NCBI GenBank assembly: GCA_963693365.1
Contig: CAVNZM010000009.1
Location: forward strand, 4,537,146-4,601,145
Reading direction: 5' to 3'
From: Amoebidium appalachense
Lineage: Eukaryota; Protista; Ichthyosporea
DNA: 64,000 nucleotides
In this document: piece after piece, positions 63,802 through 64,000 of the stretch
Layout of the letters: each line of letters starts with the position of its first letter
How positions within the stretch are numbered: position 1 is the stretch's first letter
Position numbers and translations under genes: made by a program
Notes under the pieces: model-generated
Database searches by the model: none
What the model was told of the DNA's origin: nothing
Seen by the model: the letters and a program-made list of their open reading frames with translations, nothing else

Positions 63802-64000
63802 CTACCACTTGCTGCGCCACGCCTCGCACAGTCGTCGGCGAATGTGACGCCGCATGTTGCCGAGCTTTGCAGCCGCGATGGTTCTCGCAAACCCCCGGGG
63901 CATACATCCGGGACTAGTCTCTTGGATCTGGTTGGTCAGAAGCGCAAGCGCCTTGTTTTCTCCCGGTACTGACGCGCCGCGCCGCCGGTGGTGTCGTCTG
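63802..64000 (-). CDS. C-terminal end of a viral ORF entering from beyond the window
   Basis: Open frame RRHHRRRGASVPGENKALALL..LCEAWRSKW*; minus-strand AATAAA at 63742-63737. Confidence 0.5.
   Translation of the reverse strand, partial: RRHHRRRGASVPGENKALALLTNQIQETSPGCMPRGFARTIAAAKLGNMRRHIRRRLCEAWRSKW

Larger units (their letters stand above)
49960..64000. mobile_element. Giant endogenous viral element (Nucleocytoviricota), left part; continues beyond the window
   Basis: Abrupt loss of microsatellites, higher GC, tightly packed mostly intronless ORFs. Core NCLDV gene VLTF3 plus A16/G9/J5-like, penton-like, MSV199-like and SWIB genes. The left boundary is approximate (49,630-50,118). Confidence 0.9.

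Noticed and set aside
63802-64000. Histone H3-like PG..AL..Q..F.R pattern in the terminal minus-strand ORF
   Set aside because: Spacing is off and the ORF stops before a histone fold could be completed.
49960-64000. Bacterial contamination, prophage or Polinton as the source of the gene-dense region
   Set aside because: VLTF3, AATAAA/TATA signals and a GT-AG intron point to a eukaryotic NCLDV. No phage genes, protein-primed PolB or retroviral-type integrase are seen in the window.

Overview
The window has two sharply different parts. Bases 1 to about 49,950 are eukaryotic host DNA. Its introns are full of (GT)n/(CA)n and poly-G/poly-C tracts. I reconstructed exons by hand for seven genes: mitoferrin (-), a Tim44/MAIP1-like mitochondrial protein (-), an active-type myotubularin (+), a YLPM1-like P-loop protein (+), a secreted mucin/EGF protein (+), an F-box protein (+) and a cAMP-receptor-like 7TM GPCR (-). 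From about 49,960 to the window end the simple repeats disappear and the DNA becomes GC-rich, gene-dense and almost intronless. This part encodes a VLTF3 late transcription factor, an A16/G9/J5-like Cys-rich membrane protein, a penton-like protein, an MSV199/AntA-like protein, a SWIB protein, a retropepsin and an aquaporin. It is best read as the left edge of an endogenised giant virus (Nucleocytoviricota). Notable details inside it: (1) a GT-AG intron splitting the MSV199-like gene, carrying one of two copies of a 70-bp palindromic element; (2) a branched GC-rich hairpin cluster at the junction; (3) an AT-shifted insert within the penton-like gene; (4) an AQP1-type aquaporin whose stop overlaps the start of the next gene. 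A unicellular holozoan host (for example an ichthyosporean) is only an inference. All family calls come from motif recognition by eye; no searches were run.
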